Of a DNA stretch of 64,000 nucleotides, positions 39,623 through 53,632 are shown piece by piece. Where the stretch lies: NCBI GenBank assembly GCA_951406725.2, contig OX597818.1, positions 132,618,001 through 132,682,000 on the forward strand. The letters are read 5' to 3'. The number at the start of each line of letters is the position of its first letter. The first letter of the stretch is position 1. The translations under genes and the position numbers were made by a program. This stretch comes from Octopus vulgaris (Eukaryota). The notes beneath the pieces were generated by a model. That model did not search any database. It was not told the DNA's origin and saw nothing but the letters and a program-made list of their open reading frames with translations.

Positions 39623-41285
39623 ATAGGTGGGTGGGTGCATGCTGGCATGTGTGTGTGTGTGTGTGTGTGGTGGGTGGCAGAAGGGTGAGTGGGGGTGGAG
39701 ACAGAGACAGAGAGAGAGTGAGGTCTGAGGTGGGTGATGCGGAGCGGTGGGGAGGGTGGTGGTGGAGGGGGTGGGTGAAATTTTGTTGGGTAGAGTGGAA
39801 GGGTGGTTTGTTTTGGAGCCGACTGGGTGGTAAGGGGGTGAGCAGGTGGGTTCTTTTTTTGGGAAGCGGAAGCGGCGGCGGCGGCGGCGGCCAAGTAGAA
39901 CTGGGTGGTGGTTTTGATGGTGGTGGTGGTGGTGGTGGTGGTGGTGGGTAGAAGTAGTGGGTGGTATCAGTGATGGAGATGCTGGATAGAGTAGTTTGTT
40001 CATATGGTATGTTGGTTGGTTAGACATGGCAGTGGGGAGAGCAGGTGTTGGTGTCGGATAAGGGTGCTGGCGTGCATGTGGGTATGGGTGTGTGTGTGTG
40101 TGGATGGGTGGGTGGGCCAGAAAAGTGAGGGTACAGAGATAGAGAGAGAAAGAAAAAAGAGAAAGAGAGAGAGAGAGCAATATAGTATGTGTGAGAGAGA
40201 GAGGGAAGGAGTTAATGAAATGTGCATGTGTGAGTGTGTGGGGGGTGTTTGGGGTGCATAAGGATGGGGTCGAGAGAAGGTTCCTTTATTTTTTGTAGTT
40301 ACATTTTTCAAGAATGTTAAGAAAAAATAGCAATGCGAAACAAAACAAAGCAAAAAAATTAGAATAAAAGAAATTAATAAAATCACTATGCAGACAGACA
40401 TTAACTTGATGATGATGAGGATGATGATAATGATGATGACGACTATGATGACGATGATGATGATGATGATAGTGATGATAAAGACAATGGCGGCAATGGT
40501 AATGATGGAAACATTGATGATCATGAGAGGGATGAAGAAGAGGAAAAAAGAAGAAGAGAACGGAGGACTGGTGCTATAAGGGAGTGATGGTGGTGATGAT
40601 GATGAGGAGGTGGAGGAGGAGGATGGTGGGGTGATGGGGGAGGGTGATGCTGAAAATAAAGAGAAGGATGAGGATGAAGTGATGTTGATGATGATGATGA
40701 TGACAATGATGATGATGATGATGATGACGATGATGATGATGATGACGATGATGATGATAATAATGAAGATGACGGTGTTTTTGTTAGTACTGTTGGCGAG
40801 GTAATTATGGGGATAGTGTGTGAGCATAACAATGATATTAACAATGATGATGGCAGCGGTGGCACCATCATGGTGGGGGTGGTGGTGGCAGCAGCAGAGG
40901 CAATAGCAGCGGTAAGGAAGAGGAGGAGGAGGAGGTAGGGGAGGGGAATGGATTACCTAATTTATTGCACGTATTGTAAATATGCTTCTGTTATCGCATC
41001 TTCTTTATCATTCTTCAAATTATTTACATGTCTGAGCATAACAGAGCTATTGATGATGACCAATGTAATCGGTGCACTTTGATACATATTTGTGCACAGG
41101 TATGGATGTATTTAGTAAGGTAAATCTTGAATTACAAGACTAGGCTCCGGAAATCAGATTATACTAGTATTCAGTACTGCATGTTGCCGTTCTTTTTAAT
41201 ATGGGCTGCTTGCTACTTAAAGATTTTTAATTCTTAAAAATAGCAGTCCAATTGAGTATCATCAAAGTGATTTAGAATTGACGCA

Positions 41286-42093
41286 AGGCAGCATCCTGGC
41301 AGAAACGTTAGCAGGCCGGGTGAAATGCTCAGCGGTATTTCGTCTGCCGTTACGTTGTGAGTTCAAATTCTGCCGAGGTCGACTTTGCCTTTCATCCTTT
41401 CGGGGTCAATAAATTAAGCACCAGTTACGCATTGGGGTCGATGTAATCGACTTAATACCTATGTCTGTCCTTGTTTGTCCCCTCTATGTTTAGCCCCTTG
41501 TGGGTAATAAAGAAATAGGTATTTTGTCTGCCGTTACGTTCTGAGTTCAAATTTCACTGAGTCTACTTTGCCTTTCATTCTTTCAGGGTCGAAAATTACC
41601 AGACAAAATTAAGTCTATTGCTTAATCCCTTTGTCTGTCCTTGTTTGTCCACTCGATGTTAAGTGCCTTGTGGGCAATAAAGAAAAAAAATCGTTAGCAC
41701 TTTTGATGAAATGGTTAGTGATATTTTGTCTGCTGTTACGTTCTGAGTTCAAATTTCACTGAGGTCTACTTTGCCTTTCATCCTTTCAGGGTCGAAAATT
41801 ACCAGACAAAGGGATTAAGTAATAGACTTAATCCCTTTTTTCTGTCCTTGTTTGTCCCCTCAATGTTTAGCGCCTTGTGGGCAATAAAGAAATAAGAATC
41901 GTTAGCAATTCAGGCGAAATGCTTAGTAGTATTTTGTCATTCTTTGTGTTCTGAATTCAAATTCCACCAAGGTCGATTTTGCCTTTCATCCTTTCAGGGT
42001 CGCTAAATTAGGTACCAGTTGCATACTGGGATCGACCTAATCGTCTGGCCTCCTCCCTAAAAATTTTGGGCCTTGTGCTTAGAGTAGAAATGG
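41286..42093 (+). mobile_element. Head-to-tail tetramer of SINE family A with a single 15 bp TSD
   Basis: Four successive GTTCAAATT..GCCTTTCAT units; TTTAGAATTGAC(G/A)CA at 41271-41285 and 42094-42108. Confidence 0.85.
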
Positions 42094-43108
42094 TTTAGAA
42101 TTGACACACAGGAAATGTTTATACAAGCATACACACGTTTGCATGTATGCATGCAATATATGCAATATTCTTTAATTCTTTAATTTTTTTTATTTGTTTC
42201 AGTCATTTGACTGCAGCCATGCTGGAGCACCACCATTAGTCGAGCAAATCAACCCTAGGACTTATTCTTTTGTAAAGCCTAGTACTTATTCTATCGGCTT
42301 CTTTTGCTGAACAGCTAAGTTACAGACACAAAAACACTCACACATAGATATATATGTATATAAGCGTATGTACACTTTTGTTCTCCTGTATGTAAATATA
42401 TATATATATATATAAAAGAATACCAAAAATAGGACAAGAACACAACAGGCAACAACAAAGCATCCAGACAGTTAGATGATGCAAAAAGGGACAAGAGAAA
42501 ACAAGGACAGGTCATTCGGAGTTTTCTTTCATCAGTCAAGTTCCAGATCATCTTTGCAGTTTCAGCTGGTTATACTCGAGACTGCTCCATATATTTGTGT
42601 GTCCTTGTGTCTTTGTTTGTTCCCCACCACAACTGGTGCTTATGTCTCCATAACTTAGTGGTTCAGTAAAAGAGACCAATAGAATAAGTACTAGGCTTAC
42701 AAAAAATAAGTCCTATGGTCAATTACTTTGACTAAAAAACCCTTAAAGGTGGTGCTCTAGCATGGCCGCAGCCAAATTCACTCACAAAGCTTCAGCCAGC
42801 CTGGTAATTATAGTGCAAGACACTCACCCAAGGTGAGGTACAGTGGGACTGAACCAGAGACCACATGGTTCAGAACTACGCTTCTTGACCACACAACCAG
42901 TCCTCTGCCTCTCACATGCATATATATTTGTGATGTGCATTTATTATTTGCTAGAAATATGAATTCATATCCAAAGTAAAAATAAATGTATTCTAAAAAT
43001 TATTTGTACAAGATCCATTTTCAGTTAGTTATTATTTTTACATCCTGTTCTCTTCTATTCTATTACAGCTCAAAACTCTGTGTAATTCAATTGTTTATTT
43101 AGATTTAA

Positions 43109-43501
43109 CTAGCAGTATCACCCGGCGTTGCTTGGGTTTGTAAGGGAAATAACTATAAAGCATTTTTAGAGAGTTATAGCCAAAAAATAGCAAAAAAATG
43201 CATTAAAATTGGAAAAAAAATTATGGTAAATTTTTTTTAAATCGTTGACTCATCGTAGACATTTTTAGAGAGTTACTTCCCTTATATTTAAAAAATATGC
43301 ATTAAAATGGAAAAAAATGATGGTAAATTATTTTTAAAATCGTAGACTCATCGTAGACACGCGTTAATACCCAGAAGGGCTTGATATGAATCACGACTAT
43401 AAGATACCTGCTTTTGGTTAAACTGCACCGCAAAATGTGGGAGTAGTTAGGAATCTAAATCGGAGTAGACAGACACACAGCCTTTCTTTTATATATAAAG
43501 A
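43109..43501 (-). mobile_element. Non-autonomous Helitron
   Basis: Minus strand has 5' TC, 3' CTAG and a subterminal GC hairpin CCCAAGCAACGCCGGG; inserted between A and T with no TSD. Confidence 0.8.
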
Positions 43502-43512
43502 TTACTATTAAC

Positions 43513-43565
<53 letters not shown>

Positions 43566-43684
43566 GAAGACTGCACCAGACTCCTGTGTCAACCATGCCA
43601 AAACAGACACAGAAGTCTGATGCAGTTTTCTGCCTGGGCCAGCTTCTGTCAACCCATCCAACCCACACCAGCATGGAAGGGTAG

Positions 43685-44070
43685 AATTCTGAGAACAATA
43701 AGTAAACTGTATAAGAACACCACCAAAGCAAAAGTGATCACTCCTGAAGGAGAGACAGTATACTTCGAAGTCAAAGCCAGAGTATTACAAGGTGACATGC
43801 TAGCACCTTATCTATTTGCCATTGTTCTGGACTATGTAATGTGTAGACCAGACGAGGACAACGAAGAAGAACTGGGATTCAAACTGCATAGGCAAAGAAC
43901 TAGAAGGCATCAAGCGGTGACAGTGACTGACTTAGACTCTGCTGATGACCTGGCATTACTAACAGAGAGGACAGATAAGGCACAGGCAGTGCTGAGCAGA
44001 TTAGAGACGGAATCTGGAAAATTAGGATTGTACTGTAATGCAAAGAAAACAGAGCTGCAAGTATTCAGCC
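43685..44070 (+). pseudogene. LINE reverse transcriptase fragment (RTE-like)
   Basis: Translation includes VLQGDMLAPYLFAIVLDYVM, TDLDSADDLALL (degenerate FADD) and GLYCNAKKTE. Confidence 0.9.
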
Positions 44071-44308
44071 ACTCTCTTTTTCCGCCTTAATTTTTCTCCC
44101 TCTTTCCCCTATCTCTTTCTCTCTCTCACTCTCTCTCTCTCAATCAATTCTCTCTATCTCTTTTTATCTTTGCTTGTCTTGTCCTCCTAAATAATTTGAT
44201 ATGCACCTCTCTCCCTCATTCTCTCTCTCTCTCCGTCCATGTATCATTTCTTACATTCTATCTGTCATTTTCTCTTCCTCCACTTCACTACCACATCTAT
44301 TACTACTT

Positions 44309-44696
44309 GTGGAGGCGCAATGGCCCAGTGGTTAGGGCAGCGGACTCGCGGTCGTAGGATCGCGGTTTCGATTCCCAGACTGGGCGTTGTGAGTGTTTAT
44401 TGAGCGAAAACACCTAAAAGCTCCACAAGGCTCCGGCAGGGGATGATGGTGATCCCTGCTGTACTTTTTCACCACGACTTTCTCTCACTCTTACTTCCTG
44501 TTTCTGTTGTACCTGTATTTCAAAGGGCCGGCCTTGTCACTCTCTGTGTCACCCTGAATATCCCCGAGAACTACGTTAAGGGTGCACGTGTCTGTGGAGT
44601 GCTCAGCCACTTACACGTTAATTTCACGAGCAGGCTATTCCGTTGATTTGGATCAACCGGAACCCTCGTCGTCATAACCGACGGAGTGCTTCCACA
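44309..44696 (+). mobile_element. SINE family C, tail type 1, full length
   Basis: Near-identical to 12643-13028; flanking direct repeat CTATTACT. Confidence 0.9.
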
Positions 44697-45184
44697 CTAT
44701 TACTTCCTATTTTCTCTAGCTTTCTTTTTCTCACTCACTCTCTATTTCTGTTTCTCTTTCTGGCTCTAACTTTCCAAAACACTGTTCCTTTCATTTCCTT
44801 GCTTTACTTTTGTCTCTATCTTTCTATTTACTTTCTAAATGTTTTTATTATTTCTCTGCATCTATCATAGGTATTTCTCTCCTCTCCCACCCTTACTCTC
44901 GCTCTCTCGTTCTCTCTCTTTATTTCTTTTTATTTCTCATGATACACTTTTCCTTTCTTTCTCTCTCTTTCATCACTATGTATTGTGTTTCTCTGTCTCC
45001 TTTCTTGATATAACACTCTAAATCAGCAGTTCAACACACAAAAAAAGACTTCTGACTTGGCCTTTTATATATAGAGAGAGAGACAAATATTGCTCATCCA
45101 GCTGTAGAAATCATGTCAAATCAGATTTTGGGGCACTACACTGTCTCCAAAGCCACCAAAAATCCAAAAGATGGATGCTGAACA

Positions 45185-45327
45185 ATGGTGATGATGATAA
45201 TGATGGTGACGACGATGATGATGATGATGATGATGATGATCATGATCATGATGATGATCATGATCATGATCATGATGATGATCATGATCATGATCATGAT
45301 GACAACGACAATGATGATGACAACGAC

Positions 45328-45414
<87 letters not shown>

Positions 45415-45427
45415 AATGATGATGATT

Positions 45428-45474
<47 letters not shown>

Positions 45475-45586
45475 AATGATGATGATGATGATAATGATGA
45501 TGATGATGATGATGATGATGATAATGATGATGATGATGATGATGATGAGGATGATGACGACGACAACGATGGCAATGATGATGATG
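45185..45586. repeat. (GAT)n microsatellite
   Basis: Directly visible. Confidence 0.95.
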
Positions 45587-45600
45587 CAAGTCTACCTTTT

Positions 45601-45901
45601 GTGGAGGCACATGGCCGACTGGTTAGAGCAGCAGACTCGCAGTCGAGGGATCGCAGGCTCGAATCTCAGACCGGGCGATTTGTGTGTTTATGAGCGAAAC
45701 ACCTAAGCTCCACGCGGCTCCGGCAGAAGGTAATGGTGAACCTCTGCTGACTCTTTCGCCACAACTTTCTCTCACTCTTTCCTCCTGCATCTTGCAGCTC
45801 ACCTGCAAAGGACTGGCATCCAGTCCAGGTGGGGAACCTATACGTCAATGAAACCGGGAAACCAGCCCTTATGAGCCAGGTATGGCTCGAAAAGGAACAA
45901 A
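45601..45901 (+). mobile_element. SINE family C, tail type 3, with 13 bp TSD
   Basis: Family C head with a different 3' region ending in (ACAA)n; TSD CAAGTCTACCTTT at 45587-45599 and 45902-45914. Confidence 0.85.
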
Positions 45902-46284
45902 CAAGTCTACCTTTAAACTAGAGATGGTAATTGTTTTTGAAATGTACTTGGGGATATGTCATCTTTAACTATTACAAGAAAAGTTTATGATTAACTAAGG
46001 ATAAATTATCCTCCAAATACAATATTTAGATGCAACATTTTTACTGAAATCTAATTTTAAAATGTAGACAAGGCAGTGCTCCAGCATGGCAGTAGTCTAA
46101 TGACTAAAACTAGTAAAAGATAGAAGATAAAAACTATTACATTACTGACACATTTTCCTCTCTAAAGACCACCTTTGACATGAAATAGTTTTCTCCTTGC
46201 AGGCATGATAGAAAGAATAATTCTTTGAATATGGTCTTTATTATGATCATTGGTTACTAATCACTTGTAAACTAAATCCATAAC

Positions 46285-46935
46285 ATTTTGATAAAAATGA
46301 AGAAACATCTACACTTATTCTTCCTCTTCCATGGATGTGGATTAAAAATCATTATTGATCACAATATGGCAGTAGCATATTTTCTTCATGTAACAATAAA
46401 ACTAAATACTTGTCGATACTACATTTACTGCAAGCTCAATCTAGCTCTCAGTTATATTGATTTATTATCCAAACACCCTGAAAATATCATTAATAAAATT
46501 GTTAAAAACACCTCATTCTGATAAGCAAATTTTTCCACTAATAAGCAAATATTCAGTCATTCTAGTACATATTGCAACGATGCTCTTTCAAAAAATATTT
46601 ACAATGAAAGAAATGTATTGTGCAATTAATATACCGGATAACAACAACAAAAACAAAAAGGTATAACATTCTCGTTTGAAACAATAGTAGCCAGCCAATA
46701 ACCAAGTTTTTCTTTAAAGCTTTATCTAAACACTTCAATCCCAGCTATAAATATGAAATCATTAGCAATAATATATTATTAAATTACCATACTTCACCAT
46801 CCTCAACATTATGCACATGCTTTTCTCAGCAAACGTATATGAACTCAGCAATTCCACAACAAACATAAACTTCAATATTACTCAAACCTATCCATTGGAA
46901 TCAAAATGTCTCAAAAAGGACGTTATTTATTTTTA
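46285..46935 (+). pseudogene. Decayed Penelope-like RT thumb/linker region
   Basis: GLKIII..N....FLHVT..LNT..Y..Y.KLN...YI...SKHPENII, then FFKALSKHFN and YPLESKCLKKDVIY across frameshifts; this order is typical of PLE ORFs just before the GIY-YIG domain. Confidence 0.75.
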
Positions 46936-46996
46936 ATCATTGGCCTCAAACCTAACCAATTTAAATTTTAATACGTTCAGCACACATTTACTTGTA

Positions 46997-47340
46997 ATCA
47001 TCATCATCATCATCATGATCGTTTAACGTCCGTTCTCCATGCTAGCATGGGTTGGACGGTTCGACCGGGGATCTGGGAAGCCAGAAGGCTGCACCAGACT
47101 CCAGTCTTATCTGGCAATGTTTCTACAGCTGGATGCCCTTCCTAACGCCAACCACTCCGTGAGTGTAGTGGGTGCTTTTTACGTGCCACCTGCACAGGTG
47201 CCAGGCGAGGCTGGCAACGGCCACGGTCAGATTGGTGTATTTTACGTGCCACCGGCACGGAGGCCAGTCGAGGCGGTGCTGGCATCGGCCACGAGTCGGA
47301 TAGTGCTTTTTACATACCACCAGACCAGGGATCCTGGCTG
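46997..47340 (-). mobile_element. RTE-related short retroposon (family E) with (GAT)n tail
   Basis: Minus strand GGTGGCACGTAAAAAGCACC..GGTTGGCGTTAGGAAGGGCATCCAGCTGTAGAAAC..GGACGTTAAACGAT. Near-identical copy at 62206-62612; fragments at 17602-17712, 25652-25794 and 63885-64000. Confidence 0.8.
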
Positions 47341-49383
47341 GTTCAATTCGATTTCGATTTCGAATGTGGTAAAAACTCCCTTGCCCTCATAATTCACAGG
47401 GTAAGTGTATAAGTTAATATACAATTCCACTTGAAATAGAAAAATTATTACATGCAAATTCCTGTAATTGAAATAAGTGATTATATAGTATATGGAAAGT
47501 TGAGGCCAGTAAAATTTATTTGCCAACAAACAACTTGTAAGTAAAGTTTCAGAAAATGTGTCTCTCAACAAATAAGATTTCTCAATATATGTTATATTAT
47601 TTTTCTTCTTAAATGCCATTATAGCACTTTAACTTCTCTCGCCTATATTTCAAACTTGTTACGAATAACTGCATTAACTTGAACAATACCCAGTGAATTC
47701 AGTCTACTATTTTGTACAAACCATTCAAATTTTTCAAATTTTTTTAATTCTCAAGGAATCTGTATTTTTAGCAATTTCAATTACATTTCAATATCCACTT
47801 TCGTTTTAAAATTATAATTATAATTTTTAGCTTTTTTAAGTTTAGAATTTAAATTAAACCTTATTAATATTTTAATATTTTTACATTTATGAATCATATT
47901 TCAGTAAAATTTCTATGCTTAAATACTCTGTAGAGTGACTAATGTATCCCCAATTGATCATAATTTGTTTCAATAAAAATCCACATCTAAATCTACATGT
48001 AAAGGTGACAACATATCCCCTGTTGATCAAAATCCATTCTTGTAAAATCTACATTTAAAACACATTCCAAGGTCAATTACATGCCAAAAAAAAAAATGAA
48101 AACAAGAAAAAAACAAAAAAGCAAAAAAATTGTACATGATAGCACTATGAGAATCACTGCTTAACCACAACTGAACAAAAGATATAAAAGCCATAATTCT
48201 GTGCATAAATTCTCCATTGTTTGCTAAACAATAACTCACACCTGTATGCAATCAATTCCCTCCTACTGTTATGATTTGTCTTAATTTTTTTTGTCAGTTT
48301 CCTGACTAAAAGTCAAGAATATATTAGCAAGTTAGAGAGAATTTGTTGTGCTGCTTGAAAATCTCCCAGCAGAGAGAAATAAGTGTACACCCATCAATGT
48401 CAGCAATTTACCAAAAGTGCACATGCGCACACACACACACACACACACGTTGCAAATACAATTCAGATTTTGGATCATAAAATATTAGAATAGGATATTT
48501 TAAATATCATTTTCAAAGCTTAACAGGGGAAAATTCAAACTCCATAATTCCTTAGAGTTTTTTTTTGTTGTTGTTTTTTAACTCTATAAAGATCTTTTCT
48601 AAGTCAGTTTACAACTAGAGTTTTCTGCAATTTGGTTGCAAATTCTCTTAACATTTTTAGTTCAGTTGTCTCAATGGGAAGATGGAATTTTATTTAATTT
48701 TTAACAGTCTGTTGTTTGATTTTGTAAATTAACTTGATTTACTCTCAGAAAGAACACAAACTTATATCAATATTTTCCATTTCCTTTTTGCTTGATAGCC
48801 CACTGACACAACACACTCTTTATAAATATTGTAGCAGTTTACTTCTAGCATCATTTCTCATGCTATACCTGTTTCTTCAGATGCTTATTTTGAATAAGTC
48901 CATAGACCCGAAGTAGTGTGGCAATTTTTGGCAATTGTCAGATGAAACTAAAGCCATAGATAAAATGACAGACAAAAGGAAAATATAAACAGAAGACAAA
49001 ATAAAAAGACAAAGAAACAAAAACCAAATAAAAAAAAAACATATTCTCTTTTCTGGACAAATGAACAAGTGTTACAATTAGGTGAAAGGTGAATGATGGC
49101 TACTCCTGAACATTGTGGAATAGATAGATAGATGCTGGCATGGGTTGGACAGTTTGACAGGAGTTGGCCAGACAGAAGACTGCACCAGATATCTGATATA
49201 TTTATATACATATGCATATACATACATATATGCATACACACACACACACACGTATATATATGTATACATATACATATGTTTGTGTGTTACCCTGCTGTCT
49301 GGCAGTCGCCATGATAGATTGGTAGCCACTACACACATTTTTTTCTCTCCTTGTTTCTTTCCTTGTTTTTTTTTTCTGTGTCC

Positions 49384-49419
49384 CTTTCTGTAGAAGAGCG
49401 TAGGCTCGAAACGTAAAAG
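49384..49419 (+). ncRNA. Minimal hammerhead-like motif (A6 variant)
   Basis: CTTT-CTGTAGA-A-GAGC gtag GCTC-GAAAC GTA-AAAG; same architecture as 12056-12090. Confidence 0.5.
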
Positions 49420-49537
49420 ACTTTTTCTATTCCAGAGCGTTATACTAATACATCTGTTTGTTTTGTACACCACCTGTTTTCGTCTTTTGTTTTTGTTGTG
49501 AACTCTCCCTATATGTATATATATGTATATATATATA

Positions 49538-49846
49538 TCACCATGATCACCATGACCGACCAGGCTATCAGATGTTGCTACATATCGCTGGTCACAATGC
49601 GGTTTTCTTTTTGTTTTAGCCTTCAAATGATGCCATCCCGCTGGCTAAGCAAGCAAGCCAACAGAAGAAAGAGTGAGAGAAAGTTGTGGTGAAAGAGTAC
49701 AGCAGGGATCGCCACCATCCCCTGCTGGAATGGAGCTTTAGGTATTTTTGTTCAATAAACACTCACAACACCCAGTCTGGGAATCAAAACCATGATCCTA
49801 CAACCGCGAATCTACTGCCCTAACCACTAGGCCATTGCGCATCCAC
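49538..49846 (-). mobile_element. SINE family C, tail type 2
   Basis: Matches 9655-9951. Confidence 0.85.
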
Positions 49847-50889
49847 ATCTATATATATAAGCATACATTTTATATACATACATACATATATATATATATG
49901 TATATATTTTATATAAGATATGCATATATGTAAGCATACATATATATATATACATACATATATATATGTATATATTTTATATAAGATATGTATATATGCA
50001 AGCATACATATATATATGTACATGTATGTGTATATATGCATTTGTATGTATATGCTTGTTTGTATTTATAAAAGGTAACTAATTGACAGAGTTGTTCAAG
50101 GGTTGAATAGAGCGCTTTGATATGATTGTTCTGGTACAACTCCATCTAAAGTCAGGTTTACCTTTCATCATTTCAGATCAATAGATCAAATACCAGTCCT
50201 GCAATGGGGTCAGTTCTTTTCCTTCTCTTCCCAGTTTCTTTTGTTTGTCTCTTTCTGTCTTTCCTCCAGAGGAAATAAACAGTGAAATGCCACCAGGTAT
50301 AGATACATCCCTAAGATATGTACTTTATGATAGTACCTCTAGGACAAAGTCAAGGAGTTTTGGTATATATTTACATCTATGTATATATATAAATATGATG
50401 GTGATTGTCCCAGTGGTTAGAGTGTCAAACTTATAATCATGAGGTAGTGAGTTCAGTTCCTGGACCAAGCTGTGTGTTATGTTCTTGAGCAAGACACTTT
50501 ATTTTTCCCATCGCTCCAGTTCACTCTTTTCTACTCTTGGCACAAGACCCAAATTTTTTGGAGAGGGTGCCAGTCAATTAGGTCGAACCCAAATTAGAAA
50601 CAGGTACTTAATTTATCAAACCTGAAAGGATGAAAGGCAAAATTGACCTTCGTGGAATTTGAACTCATGCAATCCCATAGTCATTCATGATGAAAGGGGG
50701 TCTTTATCTTTTTATATGCATGTGTGTGTGTGTGAGCAAGTGGTTAAAGTAGGGCTATATGGTTAAGAAGTTTGCATCCCAACTAAGTGGCTTTGGGTTC
50801 AGTTCCACAGCAAGGCACTTTAGGAAAGTGGGTGTTACAATAGCCTTTGGGCAACCAAAGACTGGTGAGAGGATTTGAATAAAGCCCAC

Positions 50890-50922
<33 letters not shown>

Positions 50923-52082
50923 ATGCATCTGTATGTGTGTATGAATGTGTGTGTGTGTGCACATGCATATGTGTGTCTGTGTGTGTGTGTGCATGTAAGT
51001 TTCTATTTTCTTACCATGAGACTGCATCTTATTAGGAAATAAATGTCACTTTGATACATATGGAATCCTTCATTTGCAATCTTTTGTGTGAAAAGCATAT
51101 TCAACCATTGCAAAGTATATTACCTCACCTGAAAACAAGTGAGGGATGGTGACAAGAAGGGCATCTGGCTGTAGAAAATCTGCCTCAATCAATAGCATTT
51201 GACACAGGTAACGATGGAAAAAGTTGGCGTTAAAGCAATGATGATTAAGAGGTGGATGAGGAGGAGGAAGATGTCAGTGATGGCGATGATGGTGATGATG
51301 ACGACGATGATGACAATGATGATGATGATGGTAAAAGTATTAATATAAAATAAGATTTTTTTTCTTTAGAAAATATTGAAAGGAAAGAAAAAGTTTAAAA
51401 CTGAAACAAGAAACAAGAAACAAGAACACATATATCAGAAAATGAGGCCATATTTATTTGCTACCAACCCTTCCATAACTACAATTCTCTATTTCCTGTA
51501 GCAACATTCACAAAGCTTCCTGTAATAAATTATTCATGTTTAGACTAAAATACCAGCTGAAATCTTATAAGAAAGAAAACCTCAAAATAAATTTAACATA
51601 GTTAAACTACTGATTTAGATTTTAAAACCTTCATGTGAAAATTTAAATAGATGTAAATACATACTGCTATACTTTCTACACACAGGAAAAAAATTGTTTT
51701 AGAATGCTTCATAGACCAGACCATTTATCAGAGGGCAAGTCTTTTTCAAACCTTCAGCCTTAAAAGTGAAGCTGTAGTAAACACTATTTAAATCAGACAC
51801 AAACCAGATCCTAGCAATAATAGGTAGACTGATTTGCATGCCATGCATTTATTATTGGCATAATTAAATAATTACACACACACACACACACACACAAACA
51901 CATGCAGAGTCTGAATTAGTAAGATAATACTTATAAATAATCCTCAATTTCTACAATATAACATGTGAATCTACATTTCATACTTAGAAAATAATCAGAG
52001 GTATATGGTAGTTGTATTGAGTGTAGTGCAGCCAAATTTCAAACAGGGATAATTAACAGCTCCACCTGAAGAAGACATTTAA

Positions 52083-52301
52083 CCCTTTAGCATTCAGATT
52101 ATTCTGTAAAATGTAAAGCTTATGTATTCACACCATGTAAAATTAATCTTGCATCATTTCATGGCTTTGAGATTTCAATGATGTGATTGTTTATTTTTAA
52201 AAAGACACAATAAGATAGCTATGAATGACCATATCTGACTAGTTTGAACATAAAATAGGTAGAATATTTTGGCCGGATAGGGCCGATTAAACATTAAAGG
52301 G
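52083..52301. mobile_element. piggyBac-type MITE
   Basis: TTAA|CCCTTTA...TAAAGGG|TTAA, giving a TTAA TSD and CCC/GGG termini. Confidence 0.75.
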
Positions 52302-52442
52302 TTAAGCATATTTCATATTACTGTCATACTTTGGGCACCATAGCTCATTTAGATAGAGTTATTGTTTGCAAAGATAAATCCAGGTGTAGGTAGTTTATCT
52401 GGAACTTATTGGAGGAATTCATCCAGGAGCCATCTGAATATT

Positions 52443-52867
52443 ACTCTTTACTCTTTTACTCTTTTACTTGTTTCAGTCATTTGACTGCGGCCATGCTGGA
52501 GCACCGCCTTTAATCGAGCAACTCGACCCCGGGACTTATTCTTTGTAAGCCCAGTACTTATTCTATCGGTCTCTCTTGCCGAACCACTAAGTGACGGGGA
52601 CATAATCACACCAGCATCGGTTGTCAAGCGATGGCGGGGGGACAAATACAGACACACAAACATACACGCACACACACACATATATATATATATATACATA
52701 TATACGAAGGGCTTCTTTCAGTTTCCGTCTACCAAATCCACTCACAAGGCTTTGATCGGCCCGAGGCTATAGTAGAAGACACTTGCCCAAGGTGCCACGC
52801 AGTGGGACTGAACCCGGAACCATGTGGTTGGTAAGCAAGCTACTTACCACACAGCCACTCCTGCACC
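52443..52867 (-). mobile_element. SINE family B, full length
   Basis: Reverse complement of family B. Confidence 0.9.
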
Positions 52868-53584
52868 TATATTATGAGTTTTTTTTTTTGTTCCCTTTCA
52901 TGTTTTGGTAAGATGTTAAAGAGAACAAGGCCAGTTGAGGTGAAATAGTAAAGTAAATTTTATGGAGAGGAACTAGATGATGCCGTCACTTCAAACACGT
53001 GACTGGTGTTTTATTTTATTCACCTCACAGGGATGAGAGGCAAAATTAACTCCAGCAGGATCTCGACTCAAAATACAAAGAGCTAGAACAATTGTCACAA
53101 GGCATTTTCCCTGATGCACTTGTTTCTGCCAACTCTCAGCTTAGTTCTATGTCAGATAATGGTTTAATCAGTCTGAGACACTTCCATTTATGTTAAACAC
53201 CTATACATTGTATAGATATACATATTACAAACACACATCACATACAGATACATAGATTGATGCAGATATATAGATATATACAGAGAGATATGTAGATAAA
53301 TATAGATATATACACATACATACATACATACATACATACATACATACATACATACATACATACATACGTACATACGTACATACATACATACAAACATACA
53401 TACATACAGATACATAGATTGATGGAGATATATAGATATATACAGAGAGATATGTAGATAAATATAGATATATACACATACATACATACATACATACGTA
53501 CTTACATACATACATACATACATACATACACACACACATACATACATACACACACATACATACATACATACATACATACATACA

Positions 53585-53632
<48 letters not shown>

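Larger units (their letters stand above)
28140..40950. repeat. Large trinucleotide mosaic: (GGT)n, (AGT)n/(AGC)n, (GTT)n, (CAT)n, (ATT)n, (GAA)n, (GAT)n
   Basis: Directly visible; accounts for the homopolymeric ORFs listed here. Confidence 0.95.

Noticed and set aside
42510-42590. CTGATGA on the minus strand as another hammerhead
   Set aside because: No properly placed GAAA, stem III or stem I.
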